DNA of 64,000 bases, from the NCBI GenBank assembly GCA_905233555.1, contig CAJODF010000014.1, positions 4,043 through 68,042 on the forward strand, read 5' to 3'. Shown here one piece after another: positions 30,523 through 41,200 of this stretch. Origin of the DNA: an uncultured Prevotella sp. (lineage in GTDB: Bacteria; Bacteroidota; Bacteroidia; Bacteroidales; Bacteroidaceae). The notes under the pieces were generated by a model. That model worked only from the letters and a program-made list of their open reading frames with translations. It searched no databases and was not told the DNA's origin. The position numbers were made by a program, and so were the translations under genes. Position 1 is the first letter of the stretch. Each line of letters opens with the position of its first letter.

Positions 30523-32067
30523 ATGAAAAGACTTCTTTTTTCGATTGCAATCAGTCTTGCCCTCACCACAGGTGTGATGGCACAAGGACTGAAAGTTGTG
30601 GACTTCAAGTTGTTGGAGACCGATCTGACAGCCAACACGCATGGTACGTCTAAACAAGACCAGAATGGTGAGACGGCAGCCTTGATCAAGATTGTGACCC
30701 CGGAGCGTGGTTTTACCTTCGACGGTGGCTCGCTGGGTATTGTAGATACCGAGGAACATGCCGGTGAGATATGGCTCTACGTGCCTCGTCGCGCCCAAAA
30801 ACTCATCATCCGTCACCAGACCTTCGGTGTGCTGCGCGACTTCTTCTACCCTATCCCCATCGAGGGTGCCCGTACCTACGAGATGCTTATTGACATTGGT
30901 ACAGGCCGCTATGCCACCATCACCACTCAGGTAGCCAAGGCCAACGTCTATATCGATGGCGAGAACTGTGGCGAAGCACCTCTCTACAATAAGTACTTGA
31001 ACTACGGCAAACATACCATCCGTGCTGTGAAGGACCGTTACGAGGGTCAGGAAGAGATTGTGTTGACTACCACCGACGAAGCCAAGACCAGATTCGTTAA
31101 TGTCAATATGCGCGATATGTCCGACCACTTCGGTAATGTGAACGTTACCGTCGATAATCAGGCAGATATCTGGTTTGAGGACCGTAATGTGGGAACAGGC
31201 TCCTGGCAGACCCAGTTGCGCGAAGGCACCTATGTGGTGGAGACTCGTAAGACCGATTGCGACCCCGAAAAGACATCCTTCACCGTCGTAGCACAACGGG
31301 AGAACAATATCAAGGCCGCTCCCCCATCGCCCCATACAGGTCTGCTGCACCTCTATACCCGTCCCCGTGACGTTAATGCAACAAGCAATGGTTCTACACC
31401 TATCGACTTGAGCGAGGCGCACACCCTGCCCGTAGGCACCTATCAGTTGTCACTCTCGCGCAAGGGCTATGTACCTAAGAGCGTAGAATATACTGTGAGC
31501 CACAACGAAACCACCCGTGATACCATCACACTCGACCGTGTAAAGTATATCAAACCCAATGCCTTCTACTTCGGTGCAGGCTATACCATGCGTCCGATGG
31601 GCGGCATCACGGCACTGGCCGGCATGGTCTATAAGAATTTCGACGTACAGTTAAGTTACACCTTCGGTCTGACTGATTCTGACGAGGTGCCCTGGTATTC
31701 CACCGATGGAAACGACACCTACTTGAGTACAATGACCTACAAGCGTTCTACCTTCGCTGCAAAGGTGGGCTATCAGTTTGAACTGACCGACCGTCTGGGA
31801 ATCACCCCACAGTTGGGCTATGAGATCGAGACCCTCTCAGCCAGCGTCAGTGACGGAACGAACACCTATGGTGACAAAGCATCGGCCAACTGCATCAGTC
31901 TTGGTGCAAAACTGCTGTATGCTCCTATGCAGCGCCTCTATCTGTTTGCTAATCCGGCCCTCTCATTAGGCATGAGCAAGGACTCCAACTTCGAGCATAT
32001 TGTCGATAACAGTGACATCACTGCCGGAGGCTTCATGATGACCATCGGTGCCATCTTCAATTTCTAA
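30523..32067 (+). CDS. PEGA-domain protein with a C-terminal outer-membrane beta-barrel
   Basis: Signal peptide MA-Q; DLTA..DQNGE.AALIKI N-domain; PEGA units (ANVYIDG...G.HTIRAVKDRY, LPVGTYQLSLSRKGY); amphipathic C-terminal strands ending IGAIFNF. Confidence 0.8.
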   Translation: MKRLLFSIAISLALTTGVMAQGLKVVDFKLLETDLTANTHGTSKQDQNGETAALIKIVTPERGFTFDGGSLGIVDTEEHAGEIWLYVPRRAQKLIIRHQTFGVLRDFFYPIPIEGARTYEMLIDIGTGRYATITTQVAKANVYIDGENCGEAPLYNKYLNYGKHTIRAVKDRYEGQEEIVLTTTDEAKTRFVNVNMRDMSDHFGNVNVTVDNQADIWFEDRNVGTGSWQTQLREGTYVVETRKTDCDPEKTSFTVVAQRENNIKAAPPSPHTGLLHLYTRPRDVNATSNGSTPIDLSEAHTLPVGTYQLSLSRKGYVPKSVEYTVSHNETTRDTITLDRVKYIKPNAFYFGAGYTMRPMGGITALAGMVYKNFDVQLSYTFGLTDSDEVPWYSTDGNDTYLSTMTYKRSTFAAKVGYQFELTDRLGITPQLGYEIETLSASVSDGTNTYGDKASANCISLGAKLLYAPMQRLYLFANPALSLGMSKDSNFEHIVDNSDITAGGFMMTIGAIFNF

Positions 32068-32103
32068 TCCACACCTTTATTCATATATAAAAGACGAAAC
32101 GAT

Positions 32104-33111
32104 ATGAAAACGAGAAATATCATAGCAATACTGGCCACACTGCCCATCGTGGCAGGATTCACAGGCTGTAAGTCAGATGAAGAGACCGAAGCCAAGCCCG
32201 CCAAGGAAATACTGATTGTTGAAGGCGGAAGCATTGAGTTCCGAGGTAGCGAAACAGACAAGAGTGTAACCATCAATGCCGACTGCGGATGGACGGTTGA
32301 ATACGATCAGGGTACCTTCGATGGCAAACTCACCGTACAACCCCTGAAGGGTACAGGCAAAGGAACACTGCTCATCACTGCCGACGAGAACACTTCCACA
32401 AGCGAGCGTACAGCATCCATCACACTGACCTCCGATGGTGGTCTGAAACAGAGGTTCACCATCCGTCAGACCAGTGGCGATCCTGCGATGAATGTCAGCA
32501 AGAACACGTATAACTTCGATGCGATTCCCTCTGAGGCACAGTTGCTCACCATCACTAGCAATACCAGTTGGGCCATCCAGATTCCCTCAGGTGTTGACTG
32601 GCTACACCTGAGCGAACTCTCTGGCGGCGCAGGCTCTGAGGCTATCGACATCACCGTTGATGAGATTCAGACCGACGCCGACCGCTCCGCCACCTTTACC
32701 ATCAGATATGGTAGCAATAGCACGGAGATTGAGGTGAACCAGAAAGGTAAGAAGAACATTGAACTGGCAGTCACACCCAACGAACTGCCCTACTTCGCAG
32801 CACAGGGAGGCACCCAGACGATTCAGGTCGCCAGCAATGCAGCTTGGCGTGCTTTCGTTCCTTCTTCAGCCCAATCCTGGCTACGGGTAGAACCTTCTGA
32901 AGGCGTCGGTAACGGTGAAGTAAGAGTGACCGTCACCGAGAACACCAATCCTCAGCGTGAACGCCTCTCATTGGTCATCATTATTGCCGGATCGCTGAGT
33001 CCCAAGCAGGGTGACGTCCTTGTGCAGCAGTATGCCGGTGAGGAGCAGAACAGCCAGCGTGAACCAGACGAAGGGGACAATCCCGATCCTACTCTTTCGC
33101 GCAAGCATTAA
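32104..33111 (+). CDS. BACON-domain lipoprotein (about 3 BACON repeats)
   Basis: Lipobox FTGC; repeats I.ADCGW / ITSNTSW / VASNAAW ... W L ... G.G ... EN ... R ... Q. Confidence 0.85.
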   Translation: MKTRNIIAILATLPIVAGFTGCKSDEETEAKPAKEILIVEGGSIEFRGSETDKSVTINADCGWTVEYDQGTFDGKLTVQPLKGTGKGTLLITADENTSTSERTASITLTSDGGLKQRFTIRQTSGDPAMNVSKNTYNFDAIPSEAQLLTITSNTSWAIQIPSGVDWLHLSELSGGAGSEAIDITVDEIQTDADRSATFTIRYGSNSTEIEVNQKGKKNIELAVTPNELPYFAAQGGTQTIQVASNAAWRAFVPSSAQSWLRVEPSEGVGNGEVRVTVTENTNPQRERLSLVIIIAGSLSPKQGDVLVQQYAGEEQNSQREPDEGDNPDPTLSRKH

Positions 33112-33139
33112 TCATTAGCAACTTAACTGACAAGCGGTT

Positions 33140-36100
33140 ATGAACAACAAACTACTATCCATCATAGCGGCCTTCATCGGATTATTCCTGCCGTTGAAGA
33201 TGCAGGCGCAGACGAATATCAGTGCCCCACTGTTCTCCTTCGTGGGCGACAGTCTTCATATGTACTGTGATACGCAAGGGGCCGACATCTACTACGCCAT
33301 GTCCGAGTTTGCGAATGAAGAGGAGGCCGAAAGCCTCCGTGACAATATGTATGTCGGTATGAACAGTACCCTCTACACCGAGCCTTTTCTTGTCACCAGC
33401 AATGTGGTCATCAAAGCCGTTGCTATGGTACCAGGACAACAAGGAGAGTCTGAATATACCACGCTGGTCTATGACTATACGGCGTGGAGTCAACTGCTTC
33501 AGGCGATTAACTATGGTAATGATGTGTTGGTCCGTGCCCAAGACAACACTCAAGTGGACGACGATCTCAAAGACCAGTTGCATTGGGCTATCGAAGAAGG
33601 CCAGTTCTCCTATCAGGAGCGAGGCATGATGATCGACAGTTATGAGGCCGAGCACTGGACCAACCAAATCCTAGACTTAGCCTCTCAGATAGAATCCATC
33701 ATCGGCCAACCCACAGGCCCCGAACCCTACGCCGTCCTCAGCGACAACAACACCGTGCTGACGTTCTACTACGATGACCAGAAAGCAGCACGGAATGGTA
33801 TGGATATTGGACCATTCCAAGTAACAGGCTCAGCTTCTTGGTATAATAACCGAGAAACAATTACTACAGTCATCTTCGACAATTCATTTGCCAACCATAC
33901 AGGTTTAACAAGTACCAGATTGTGGTTTGAGAGTTGTAACAACATTTCCACAATTTCCGGTATTGCTAATTTAAATACCTCAAATGTAACAGATATGTCA
34001 TTTATGTTTAGTGGTTGTCAATCTTTGGCCTCATTAGACGTAAGCCACTTCAACACGTCGAATGTGACGAGTATGGAAGAAATGTTTGGATATTGTTATT
34101 TATTGACCTCGCTTGATGTTAGCAACTTCAATACAGAGAACGTAACAACCATGAGAGGTATGTTCGACCAATGTTCGGGCATATCTTCTTTAGACTTGAG
34201 CAACTTCAATACATCGAATGTAACAGACATGAGTATGTTGTTCCAGTTATGCACCAGTCTGACCTCTCTTAACATAACAAATTTCAATACATCGAATGTA
34301 AAGGATATGTTAGCTATGTTTGGTGGTTGTTCCAGTCTTACATCCATTGACGTAGCCAACTTTAATACAGAGAATGTGTCTAATATGGGAAGTATGTTCT
34401 ACGCTTGTTCTGGGCTGACAAATCTCGATCTAAGTAACTTTAACACATCGAGTGTTACGAGAATGAGAGAAATGTTCATGGACTGTTCTAATTTGAAAAC
34501 CATCTATGCAGGTGAAGGTTGGAGTACTGCAAGTGTGACAAATGGGGATAATATGTTTAACAATTGTTCTCTTCTCGTTGGTGGTGCTGGCACACACTAT
34601 GATGCAACTCACACAAACCACTCTTATGCCCATATTGACGGAGGTACAGCGAATCCTGGCTACTTCACACGAAGTGGCGACGAGCCTTGGGTGGATCCCA
34701 CTGGGCCAGAACCTTATGCAGCCCTCAGCGATAACAGCACCGTGCTTACATTCTATTATGATGATCAGAAGGCAGCAAGGAATGGCATGGGAGTTGGGCC
34801 GTTTGAGGATTCAGGGAAAAGTATCAATTCAGGTTGGTATGATGTCAACGAAATAATTACGACCGTCGTCTTCGACGATTCATTCGCCAACTGCACTACG
34901 TTAACAAGCACAGCCTATTGGTTCGACCAGTGCGAAAATCTCACGACCATCATTGGCATCAATAATCTGAAAACCGACAACGTCACAGATGTCAATTCCA
35001 TGTTCTTAGACTGCCATAATATAAAGAGCATTGATCTCAGCAGTCTCAATTTTAGCAATGTTACAAACATGTTTCAAATGTTTGAAGACTGTAGGGTACT
35101 TGAAAATGTAAACTTCAATGGCGTCAACACAGAGAATGTAACAAATATGGGCGACCTGTTCTTAAACTGTCATAATCTGAAAAGTATCGATTTGAGCAGT
35201 TTCAACACAAGCAATGTTACAAAAATGTCATATATGTTCTATCGCTGTGATTCCCTCACCACTGTCTATGTTGGTGAAGGTTGGACTACAAGGAGTGTCA
35301 CAGATAGCGAAAGAATGTTCGAGCGCTGCACCAAAATTGTTGGTGGTCAAGGCACACGATTTGATGAGAACCATATTGATGCAACTTACGCCCATATTGA
35401 TGGTGGCACAGCAAACCCAGGCTACTTTACTGACAAGAACGCTGCTCCCACGCATCTCGTGACAATGGCTACAGGAGAGAATGGTGTGATAGAAGCAACG
35501 ATTGATCAGCCAGACGGGACCAAGACAGAAGTAGTGATTGCTGCTGGAACCCAAAGTGAGTTCAACGTACAAGAAGGCTCCACCATCAACCTGACGTTCC
35601 GTCCCAACGAGGGCTATGAGGTTGGCGACGTGCTACTCAATGGTATCAGCGTGAAGGATCAGATGCCGACAAACACCACCTACGTCATTGAGAAGGTAAC
35701 GGACAAACTGGTACTCAGCGTCGTCTATGCTCCTCTGCAGCCAGAACCATACGCCGTGCTCAGCGGCAGTGGCGACTACGTGCTGACGTTCCGTTACGAC
35801 AAGAACAGGTCGGCCTACAGAGAGAGCATGAGCGTGGGACCGTTTATCTCTTCGAACAACCAGGCCTGGTACGACCAGAGGGAGCACATCACGAGAGTGG
35901 TGTTCGATGAGTCGTTTGCCGAGTGCACCGACATCACTAGCACTGCAAACTGGTTCTATGAATGTTCGAGCCTGACAACGATTGAGGGCATTGGTAATCT
36001 GAAGACGGACAACGTGACCGATATGTCGTTCATGTTCAGTACTTGTCACGCCCTGAAGAATCTTGACCTCAACACTTTCAACACCTCAAAGGCAGAGAAT

Positions 36101-38026
36101 ATGGCTTGGATGTTCGACTCTTGTACTGGTCTGACCAGTCTTGACTTGAGCAACTTCAACACAGCCAACGTCACTAATATGAATGGTATGTTCTATGGTT
36201 GTTCCGCTCTGGAAACGATCTATGTCGGAGAAGGATGGAATGCGTCCAAGGTTGGCAGTAGCCCTGATATGTTTAAGGATTGTACCAAACTTGTGGGAGG
36301 TGCTGGCACAGCCTACTCTGCCGACCACACCGATGCTGCCTATGCCCATATCGACGGAGGAGCAGTCAATCCTGGCTATCTCACCAGCAAGAATGCTCCT
36401 GCCCCGCCAAATGCTGAGCCATACGCTGTGCTGAGTGAGAACAATACCGTGCTGACGTTCTACTACGATGACAAGAAAGCAGAACGCAATGGCATGAGTG
36501 TTGGGCCGTTTTATGAAGAAACGGACAGAAGATGGTATGATGTTCGTGGAAGTATAACGAAAGCCGTTTTCGATTCCTCGTTTGAACTTTGTACCACATT
36601 GACAAGCACGGATTTTTGGTTTCATGAGTGCACAAGCCTAACGACGATACAAGATATCACTAATCTGAATACAGCCAACGTTACGAGCATGTATTTAATG
36701 TTTGGTAGTTGTAACAACTTGGCAACCCTCGATGTAAGCCACTTCAACACGGAGAATGTTACGAACATGAGCGGCATGTTCAATGTATGTTCGAGTTTGA
36801 CAACTCTTGACGTGAGCAGATTTGTCACTTCGAAAGTGAGAAACATGAGTTATATGTTCGCTGGTAGTGACAAACTCACGACACTCGACGTGAGCAACTT
36901 CAATACAGAGAGTGTGGTATATATGAGTTGGATGTTCGCTGGCTGTTCGGAACTGACAGCCCTAGACTTGAGCAACTTCAATACAAAGAATGTGACAGAC
37001 ATGAGTGATATGTTCCTCCAATGTTACAATTTGATTACCCTCAATTTGAGCAATTTCAATACAGCCAATGTAACGGATATGGGGGGGATGTTTGCAAATT
37101 GTAAATCACTCGCCAGTATTCAGGCAGGTAGCGCCAATATCCCTGCTGAGGAATATGCCAATATAGCCAACCCCAACCTGCTGGTCTATGTGAATGACGC
37201 ATCGCTGGCTCCTGAGGGTGTTCAGAACGTAGTGATCAATGGCCATGCTGATGAAATCATTCTGACGAATGCCACAACAGGCAATAACAACTGGAACTGT
37301 CCGCAGGCATTTATTGCTGATAAGATCACCTACACTCGTGAGTTCAAGCAGCAGACCGAGGTCGGTATCAGTCGAGGCTGGGAGAGCATCACCCTACCCT
37401 TCAATGTGCAGAGCATCACTCACGAGACTAAGGGACAAATTGTTCCCTTCGGTGCACAGGGTACAGGCGTGAAGTACTTCTGGCTGCGAGGCTACTCTCC
37501 AGAAGGCTTGCATAACGCAACAGCCATCGAGGCCAACAAGCCATACGTCATCTCGATGCCGAACAACACCGTAGTCTATCCCGACGAGTATAACCTCAAC
37601 GGACGCATCACCTTCTCGGCTGAGAATACGACCGTGCCTGCGACACCAGAATTGGAGGAGATGGTAGTCTTACGTGGTGACATTGCCATGATGCCCAACT
37701 ATCAGTACATCCCACAGAACGAGTACATCTATGCCATCAACGTGGGCCAGCCCCGTGAGCGCTATGCCGAGGGTAGCGTATTTACACGAAATCTTCGTGA
37801 TGTTCGTCCATTCGAGGCCTATACCACTCATGCAGATGTCAATGGCGCACGGCCTAACAACATCCGTATTGCTCCACAGCCCAAGTACGATGTTACAGGT
37901 ATCAAGACTCTAGAAAGTGATGCAACCGAAGGCACATGGTACTCTCTCGATGGTCGCAAGATGCAGACTCAGCCTCAGAGAAAGGGTATCTATATCAGTA
38001 ATGGCAAAAAGGTCGTGGTGAAATAA
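33140..38026 (+). CDS. Large BspA-like (DUF285-type LRR) surface protein with a T9SS-type C-terminus
   Basis: Signal peptide; many LDLSNFNTxNVTxMxxMFxxC repeats in four modules; InlB B-repeat-like domain; ends WYSLDGRK...KGIYISNGKKVVVK. Confidence 0.88.
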   Translation: MNNKLLSIIAAFIGLFLPLKMQAQTNISAPLFSFVGDSLHMYCDTQGADIYYAMSEFANEEEAESLRDNMYVGMNSTLYTEPFLVTSNVVIKAVAMVPGQQGESEYTTLVYDYTAWSQLLQAINYGNDVLVRAQDNTQVDDDLKDQLHWAIEEGQFSYQERGMMIDSYEAEHWTNQILDLASQIESIIGQPTGPEPYAVLSDNNTVLTFYYDDQKAARNGMDIGPFQVTGSASWYNNRETITTVIFDNSFANHTGLTSTRLWFESCNNISTISGIANLNTSNVTDMSFMFSGCQSLASLDVSHFNTSNVTSMEEMFGYCYLLTSLDVSNFNTENVTTMRGMFDQCSGISSLDLSNFNTSNVTDMSMLFQLCTSLTSLNITNFNTSNVKDMLAMFGGCSSLTSIDVANFNTENVSNMGSMFYACSGLTNLDLSNFNTSSVTRMREMFMDCSNLKTIYAGEGWSTASVTNGDNMFNNCSLLVGGAGTHYDATHTNHSYAHIDGGTANPGYFTRSGDEPWVDPTGPEPYAALSDNSTVLTFYYDDQKAARNGMGVGPFEDSGKSINSGWYDVNEIITTVVFDDSFANCTTLTSTAYWFDQCENLTTIIGINNLKTDNVTDVNSMFLDCHNIKSIDLSSLNFSNVTNMFQMFEDCRVLENVNFNGVNTENVTNMGDLFLNCHNLKSIDLSSFNTSNVTKMSYMFYRCDSLTTVYVGEGWTTRSVTDSERMFERCTKIVGGQGTRFDENHIDATYAHIDGGTANPGYFTDKNAAPTHLVTMATGENGVIEATIDQPDGTKTEVVIAAGTQSEFNVQEGSTINLTFRPNEGYEVGDVLLNGISVKDQMPTNTTYVIEKVTDKLVLSVVYAPLQPEPYAVLSGSGDYVLTFRYDKNRSAYRESMSVGPFISSNNQAWYDQREHITRVVFDESFAECTDITSTANWFYECSSLTTIEGIGNLKTDNVTDMSFMFSTCHALKNLDLNTFNTSKAENMAWMFDSCTGLTSLDLSNFNTANVTNMNGMFYGCSALETIYVGEGWNASKVGSSPDMFKDCTKLVGGAGTAYSADHTDAAYAHIDGGAVNPGYLTSKNAPAPPNAEPYAVLSENNTVLTFYYDDKKAERNGMSVGPFYEETDRRWYDVRGSITKAVFDSSFELCTTLTSTDFWFHECTSLTTIQDITNLNTANVTSMYLMFGSCNNLATLDVSHFNTENVTNMSGMFNVCSSLTTLDVSRFVTSKVRNMSYMFAGSDKLTTLDVSNFNTESVVYMSWMFAGCSELTALDLSNFNTKNVTDMSDMFLQCYNLITLNLSNFNTANVTDMGGMFANCKSLASIQAGSANIPAEEYANIANPNLLVYVNDASLAPEGVQNVVINGHADEIILTNATTGNNNWNCPQAFIADKITYTREFKQQTEVGISRGWESITLPFNVQSITHETKGQIVPFGAQGTGVKYFWLRGYSPEGLHNATAIEANKPYVISMPNNTVVYPDEYNLNGRITFSAENTTVPATPELEEMVVLRGDIAMMPNYQYIPQNEYIYAINVGQPRERYAEGSVFTRNLRDVRPFEAYTTHADVNGARPNNIRIAPQPKYDVTGIKTLESDATEGTWYSLDGRKMQTQPQRKGIYISNGKKVVVK

Positions 38027-38098
38027 CCTGCCATTATTCGATAATAACCCAGCTTATTTCCCAATAACCCGTCCTTATAGCGCAATAAGGGCGGGTTA
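38022..38098. repeat. Four ~21-bp AATAA-N6/7-TTA units; the last two form a hairpin (possible terminator)
   Basis: AATAA at 38022, 38043, 38063, 38084; TAACCCGTCCTTAT pairs with ATAAGGGCGGGTTA. Confidence 0.7.
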
Positions 38099-38200
38099 GT
38101 ATTTGTCCCAGGCCTTGGGATTTTTGCTTCATCATTACTATCTTTGTTACGACTGCCATATAAATACAATCACCCCAGATGCAATTTAATGCGAATATCC

Positions 38201-38231
38201 TTTGAAGTTTCAGATATTTTTTGTATCTTTG
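38201..38231 (+). promoter_or_regulatory. Consensus Bacteroidota promoter
   Basis: TTTG (38201-38204), 19-nt spacer, TATCTTTG (38224-38231); implies the real start is ATG 38277. Confidence 0.8.
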
Positions 38232-38276
38232 CAAAATAAAACTATTGTTTCACTAACGACAAAACCAATAAACAAT

Positions 38277-41200
38277 ATGAAAAAAGGACTACTTTCCATC
38301 ATCCTGATGGCTCTCGCCATCACCTTCCCTACCCAATCCTGGGCGCAAAACAACATCCAATTCGAAGATGATGCAGTAAAGGCAATATGCGTAGCCAACT
38401 GGGATACCAATGGCGACGGTGAACTAAGTTACGACGAGGCTACGGCCGTCACAGATATAGGAACGGTATTCAGTAACAATTCTTCAATAAGATTATTTCA
38501 TGAATTTGCATTTTTTACTGGTCTAACCCAAATACCAAACGATGCTTTTTTCTGGTGCGTTTCCTTGGAAGAGATAACTATACCTCAAAACATCACTTCC
38601 ATCGGGAATGATGCTTTTTATCATGATGAGAAAATTTCCTCTATAATATTACCTGATAAATTAATAAGCATTGGAAGCGGTGCTTTTGGAGACTGTTGGA
38701 TACTATCAATAACCATCCCCGCTTCTGTTTCTTCTATCGAGTGGGCTGCTTTTGATTCAAGATTTTTGGAATCCATCACTGTTGACAATGATAACATAAC
38801 ATATGATTCACGTAATCAGTGTAATGCTATCATAGAAACAGCATCAAACAAACTTATTGTCGGATGTAAAAATAGTACTATACCAGAAGATATTGTTACT
38901 ATCGGTGAATACGCTTTTAGCGGTTGCTCTTTTGAAAATAATCTACATTTCCCTTCTTCACTAAGAAAAATTGAATACCAAGCATTTTATCAAGTTAGCG
39001 GATTAACTTCTTTAGAATTTCCAGAAGGACTAGAAGAAATAGCCGATAATGCATTTCAATATTGTAATCTACAAAGTATTGTATTACCAAATTCGTTGAC
39101 TACTCTAGGAAGCCATTGTTTTGAAAGTTGCAACCTCACCACAATATATATTCCAGCATCTGTCACCACTATATGGGAGGCTCCATTTTGCGGAAATCAA
39201 AACCTTTCACAAATTATAGTTGAAGAAGATAATCCACGATATGACTCTAGGAATGAGTGTAATGCTATCATAGAAAAGGAAAACTACACCCTAATACAAG
39301 GATGCAATACAACTGTCTTCCCTGAGGAAATATTAAGTCTGGGTGGTTATGCTTTTTCTGGTATGAATATAACCACAATAACCATACCCGAGGGTATCAC
39401 TTATTTAGGTGGTTATTATGCCTTTAGCGGATGTAATTCATTGGAGGAGGTAACAATCCCGTCATCAATTATTCCAAACAATGGGCTTGGGTTTAATACT
39501 TTTGAGTTTTGTTTCAATATCAAGACAATTCGTTGCTATATGAAGACTCCAGGTCATTACCAAGTATTATTCCCTACAGAAGTAACGGAACAAGCCACGC
39601 TTTATGTTCCTTATGGCACAAAGTCCCTCTATGAGGCTGCTGATGGTTGGAGCAATTTCCGTAACATTGTAGAAATGGAGAAAGCCGATAATGAACCTAT
39701 TGTCGTCGACCTGATTAATAACGGTAATATGGAAGGTGAGGATGTCAGTTGTTTCTTTACCAAAATTAATGGTGGCGACATTAATCCATCCGTTATAACC
39801 GATGGCGTGGGTATGGATGGCAGTCGAGGCATCAAGGTGGAGACTACGGACAGGTCAGCATACGTATGGGATAATCAGTTCTGGGTACGTACGAATCAAC
39901 CCATCAGTGATGGCTCTCTTATCCGTGTTTCTTTTGATTATCGTGCTGACCAGCAGGCAAGGGTAAATGTAGAAACGCATGCAGAGCCAGGCAGTTACAT
40001 ATATGGATATATGTTCGACGAGAATATGACATTCGACACTGACTGGCAACATTTTACATACGAAAGCATCGTGTCTAATGATAAGTCATCAGACCAGAAT
40101 CCCATGCATTCTATAGCGTTCACCCTTAGCCAATTCGAGAAAGCAAACAACTACTACTACGACAATGTCAAGGTTGAGGTTATATTAAAAGACCAATGTC
40201 CGAAGCCGGCCTTTACTCAGAATAAGAATGAGGTCATTATCCAAAGTCCATTCGATGCCACCATCTATTACACCCTTGATGGTTCTGAGCCGACCACTAA
40301 CAGTGAACATGGTACAGGTACACTCGTGTATATGCTCTCACAGAATGCGACCATCAAGGCCTTTGCCGTCGTTGAAGGCTACGAGCCATCTCCCGTTGCA
40401 ACGTACAGTTTTAGATACACAAAAGAGACGGAGCCTATTGCCGTCGATCTGATTATCAACGGCGATATGGAGGGTGAGGATAACAGCAGTTTCTACTACA
40501 GATTCCTTCCAGAGAGCACAAAGGCATCACCTCAGGCAATTACGGATGGCGTGGGTGTCGATGGCAGTCGTGGAATTAAGATTGAAGCCTCTGCCAATCA
40601 GGATGAGATATATAATGACGAGTTTTGGTTCTCTCTCAGCCAGCCCGTAAGTGAAGGAACAAGATTCAGACTATCGTATGATGCCCGTGCAGACCATGAG
40701 GCAAATGTATATATCGGAGCACATGGTCCTGCATTCTTTGGTGATTTCATATCGGATTGGATGGAACCATACGCAACCTTCGGTACAGAATGGCAGACCT
40801 TCACTATGGAAGGCACCATCAGTTCAGATGTGTCCTCAGACCAGAAGCCACTCGCCTCTCTTGCATTCTCACTCAGTGTGACACCTGAGGCAAACAACTA
40901 TTACTTCGACAATGTGAAGTTCGAGGTATATCTGGAAGATCAGTGTCCTAAGCCTACATTTAAGCAAACAAATAGGGGCGTTATCATCCAGAGTCCGTTT
41001 AATGCAACTATTTATTATACGTATGACGGATCAACGCCAACCACTAATAGTGAACATAACGAATATATCGTAGAACAATTTCTCGCAAGATCAAAATTCA
41101 CAATCAAGGCCTTTGCAGTCGTTGATGGCTACGAGCCTTCTCCCGTTGCAACGTACAATTATGAATATATAGAAAATGCCAGTTTTGACAGAGTTACAGC

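Noticed and set aside
33722-37110. Diversity-generating retroelement or CRISPR-like repeat structure in the LRR gene
   Set aside because: The repeats are in-frame protein repeats with ordinary synonymous divergence. There is no reverse transcriptase, adenine-specific TR/VR pair, or cas gene.
38202-38276. Extended N-termini in the ORF track (38202, 47963, 54867, 59415, 10673, 29124)
   Set aside because: These upstream starts overlap or precede the TAnnTTTG promoter boxes or the previous gene. Downstream ATGs give typical N-termini.
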